A stretch of DNA of 64,000 nucleotides from Leptospiraceae bacterium. GTDB lineage: Bacteria > Spirochaetota > Leptospiria > Leptospirales > Leptonemataceae. Position numbers and translations under genes: made by a program. Of this stretch, positions 61,427 through 64,000 are shown in pieces. The stretch is from assembly GCA_040217195.1 (NCBI GenBank), contig JAVJNR010000009.1:64001-128000 (forward strand), written 5' to 3'. Each line of letters starts with the position of its first letter. Position 1 is the stretch's first letter. The notes below the pieces were generated by a model. The model had not been told where the DNA came from. It did not search any database and saw nothing but the letters and a program-made list of their open reading frames with translations.

Positions 61427-62419
61427 TTGAAAGCAGCAGTGATTGATCGTTTCGGCGATGCGGAGGTTCTGCGCATTGCCGAGGATTTACCAGGGCCTGA
61501 AATCCAGGCAAACCAGGTTCTTGTTCGAGTAGCGGCCGCCGGGATCAACCCGCTGGATCTCCGAACTCGTGAAGGGGATCTTCGCTGGATTCGCGGCAAT
61601 CGCTTTCCCATGATTCTGGGCAATGACCTTTCTGGCATTGTGGTGGAATGCGGAAAGGATGTCTCTCAATTTCATCCGGGAGATCTTGTATTTGGCATGA
61701 TAGATCCCAATCCGGTCCTCGCCTGGAATGGATTCACTCAATGCGGCGCGTATGCTGAATTTGCAGTAGCCCGGGCAGATACCCTGGCCCATAAACCGGA
61801 GAGCATCTCGCACGTGGAGGCAGCCTCCATTCCCCTCGTTGCACTCACTGCGTATCAGGCCCTGGGCACAGACTTGAAGAATAAAGACGTACTGATCAAT
61901 GGAGCATCCGGTGGCGTGGGGACCTTTGCGGTTCAGCTGGCACGAGCCGCCGGCGCCCGGGTTACAGCTTTTTGCAGTGAGCCCAATCGGGAGGCTGTGC
62001 GCGATCTGGGGGCCCGGGAGGTATATGATTATCGAAAACAATCCGTTACAGACCTGCCCGGCCAATTCGACGTAATCTATGACGTGGCAGTCACCCTCAA
62101 GTATTCAGAATGCCACGAGCTACTGAAACCCGATGGCCGATTCATCTCTAACCTGATCAGCCCGTCGAACTTCCTATCCACTATTCTACAACCTGCGCTT
62201 AAGCCATTTTGCCATGGCCGCATAAACACCTACGCCTTCGTAAAGCCGTCAGGTCAGGAACTTGAAGAAATCTCCAAACTGATTGAGCTGGGTCACATTC
62301 GGCCGGTTATCGACCGAGTCTTCGATTTGCAAGATGTGGCGGCAGCCCATGAGCATAGTCAGAAAACCAGGGGTTACGGAAAAGTAGTCCTGAATGTGGC
62401 CGAAAACCGGGTGGACTGA
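61427..62419 (+). CDS. NAD(P)H-dependent oxidoreductase, MDR/Qor-like
   Basis: AAGINPLD, LGNDLSG, GAYAEF, LTAYQAL, INGASGGVG, IRPVIDRVF, GKVVL; TTG start. Confidence 0.92.
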   Translation: MKAAVIDRFGDAEVLRIAEDLPGPEIQANQVLVRVAAAGINPLDLRTREGDLRWIRGNRFPMILGNDLSGIVVECGKDVSQFHPGDLVFGMIDPNPVLAWNGFTQCGAYAEFAVARADTLAHKPESISHVEAASIPLVALTAYQALGTDLKNKDVLINGASGGVGTFAVQLARAAGARVTAFCSEPNREAVRDLGAREVYDYRKQSVTDLPGQFDVIYDVAVTLKYSECHELLKPDGRFISNLISPSNFLSTILQPALKPFCHGRINTYAFVKPSGQELEEISKLIELGHIRPVIDRVFDLQDVAAAHEHSQKTRGYGKVVLNVAENRVD

Positions 62420-62475
62420 CAGTTTTCTTGAGGCCTGCAGTAGCCGCAGACCGGATTAGTTAGGCAGAACCGCAC

Positions 62476-62491
62476 TCCCCTGATCAGGTGG
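62476..62491 (+). promoter_or_regulatory. 7-2-7 palindromic box, copy 7
   Basis: tcccctg-at-caggtgg then tttt; TTGGCA at 62519. Confidence 0.68.
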
Positions 62492-62596
62492 TTTTATTCA
62501 TTTTCAGATTCGAATGCATTGGCATGGAAAATGATGCCCGCAAAACCAGTATGACCCGGGGAGCGTAATCCTGGGGCAAGGAGCAGTGCATCGAAA

Positions 62597-63088
62597 ATGG
62601 CGAACCAACAAATGAAAGAATACCACTTCGTTACAATCTGGAGAACAAAAGCTCCTCTTTCGGACGTTTACAGGGAAATCCATAGCAGCGACTCCTGGCC
62701 GGAGTGGTGGCCCGCGGTCAAAAAGGTAGAAACACTGAGCAAGGGAAATGATCAGGATCTGGGGACTGTGCGAAGGATGACCTGGAAAGGGGCTCTGCCC
62801 TATTCCCTGGCTTTTGACATGAAATCCACCATCGTAGAGCCGGAGAAGGTTCTGGCCGGAGATGCCTTTGGCGAACTGGAAGGGCACGGCCGATGGGAGT
62901 TCAACCGCGAAGGGAATGACACTATCATTCGCTACGACTGGAAGGTTTACACAACAAAAGCCTGGATGAACCTGTTCGCACCCATTGCAAAGCCTATCTT
63001 TCAATGGAATCACGACCATGTAATGGAAGGCGGGGCCCGGGGGCTGAGCAAACGCCTGGGCGTGGAAGTTACCGACGAAAGTCCCTGA
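62597..63088 (+). CDS. SRPBCC (START/Bet v1, polyketide cyclase-like) protein
   Basis: YHFVTIW, WPEWWPAV, LPYSL, GELEGHGRW, YDW, KPIFQWNHDHVM. Confidence 0.88.
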   Translation: MANQQMKEYHFVTIWRTKAPLSDVYREIHSSDSWPEWWPAVKKVETLSKGNDQDLGTVRRMTWKGALPYSLAFDMKSTIVEPEKVLAGDAFGELEGHGRWEFNREGNDTIIRYDWKVYTTKAWMNLFAPIAKPIFQWNHDHVMEGGARGLSKRLGVEVTDESP

Positions 63089-63165
63089 AAGAGGCCCATA
63101 GCGCAGGACTCATCTCAGACGAAGAGTATGAACAAAAACGAACCAGGATCCTGAAAGAATCTTGA
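63085..63165 (+). pseudogene. Orphan SHOCT-like C-terminal fragment
   Basis: Manual translation LKEAHSAGLISDEEYEQKRTRILKES* in the -1 frame over the SRPBCC stop. Confidence 0.5.
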
Positions 63166-63171
63166 GACCAA

Positions 63172-63381
63172 TTAATCGGCCAGACCACGAATAATGTATC
63201 CGGCCACAACCTGCGCCAGAGCCAGGCAGAGCAATGTACGGCCAATAGATGATATCATTACCTTTCTTTCATCATCGCTGGCCCGCTGCACTGACTCATC
63301 CGCTTCCGCCCCCACCTCCTGGTGAAGACGATCCAGTTTTTAGTTAAATAGTTCTTCCTCTTCCTGAAGCCTGCTCTCCAT
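63172..63381 (-). pseudogene. Possible decayed fragment of a membrane receptor (helix plus TM)
   Basis: Manual translation MESRLQEEEELFN*KLDRLHQEVG...RTLLCLALAQVVAGYIIRGLAD* with an internal stop. Confidence 0.3.
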
Positions 63382-63481
63382 CCAGATAACCCGCCTTGAA
63401 TACCCTTTCTCGGATTCTAGCACAAAAGTAAGCCTGTCCGGTATTTAATGTTCACAGGAAGTATCTGTACTGCAGTGACAT

Positions 63482-63946
63482 ATGCGAACCTTTCGAGCCC
63501 TGACGGGAGCTATTCTACTTGGCATTATTTCTCAATGTATCTGGATTCCTGCGCGAGACCCGGAAGACAGCCGTGGACTGTTCTGGTGCCCTCCCCTTCC
63601 TAACTGCGCCTCCACCGAGTCCTGGGTTCCCTATCTTCATGGAACGGATCCATTTATCCTGAAAATGCCAATGGATGAGGCATGGCCCATAGTTCTGGCA
63701 ACCGTGAAAGAGATGGAGCGAACGGATGTGAGCACTCAGTGGGATGGTTATCTATATGCGAAGGCCTACAGTCGCGTTTTTCATTTCCTGGACTTTCTGG
63801 AAGTTTTGGCTGTGCCCGAAGAAAATCGGCTGGCGGTACGCTCCTCTTCTATGCTGGGTATTACAGATTTCTGGGTCAACTATCGCAGAGTGGAGCGATT
63901 AAGAGATTTGCTGGTGGAAAAAGGAGTCATAGAAGGCGAAAACTAA
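63482..63946 (+). CDS. DUF1499-like lipoprotein
   Basis: Signal ending ISQC; CPPLPNCAST, SRVFHFLDFLE, VRSSS, DFWVNYRRVERLR. Confidence 0.82.
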   Translation: MRTFRALTGAILLGIISQCIWIPARDPEDSRGLFWCPPLPNCASTESWVPYLHGTDPFILKMPMDEAWPIVLATVKEMERTDVSTQWDGYLYAKAYSRVFHFLDFLEVLAVPEENRLAVRSSSMLGITDFWVNYRRVERLRDLLVEKGVIEGEN

Positions 63947-64000
63947 ACTTGTATAGGCCACAGGATTGAACTTTTCTGGTGGCGTCTGACAAGAGATGTC

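Noticed and set aside
28957..62495. Palindromic boxes as intrinsic terminators (GC stem plus T-tract)
   Set aside because: Two copies lie between divergent genes, several have mismatched stems while keeping the same sequence, and the fixed 43-nt spacing to TTG fits an operator better; a dual role for the 56329 and 62476 copies is not excluded

Overview
Bacterial chromosomal segment of roughly 50% GC by eye, most likely Leptospiraceae (spirochaete-type lipoboxes, many 7TM-DISM-type receptors and class III cyclases, a small secreted Cys-rich protein). No rRNA, tRNA, CRISPR array, transposase or phage gene was recognised. 1-28.7 kb holds housekeeping and signalling genes: bfr, a GtrA/GT-C pair, TetR, an aminotransferase, ate/bpt, serC, two MCPs, a PAS kinase/cyclase-REC/response regulator operon, a complete six-gene ebo cluster, and a five-unit tandem array of small hairpins (6884-7501) with CAGGA(U/G)G loops reminiscent of CsrB. 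28.9-63 kb is the most unusual part. It carries four paralogous giant adenylate cyclases with 5, 11, 8 and 5 GAF-like modules shuffled in a fixed order, all ending in the same peptide (AGARPLS[DE][IL]DxxR[QE]GW). Two NarL-type regulators, two 7TM sensor kinases with a degenerate ATP-binding domain and a regulator remnant are interleaved with them. A 7-2-7 palindrome (CCCCCTG-AA-CAGGGGG) occurs seven times upstream of these genes, and in all five plus-strand copies a TTG lies exactly 43 nt after the box start. Together these suggest a self-contained, co-regulated modular cAMP signalling system. All calls come from reading the sequence by eye; no searches were run.
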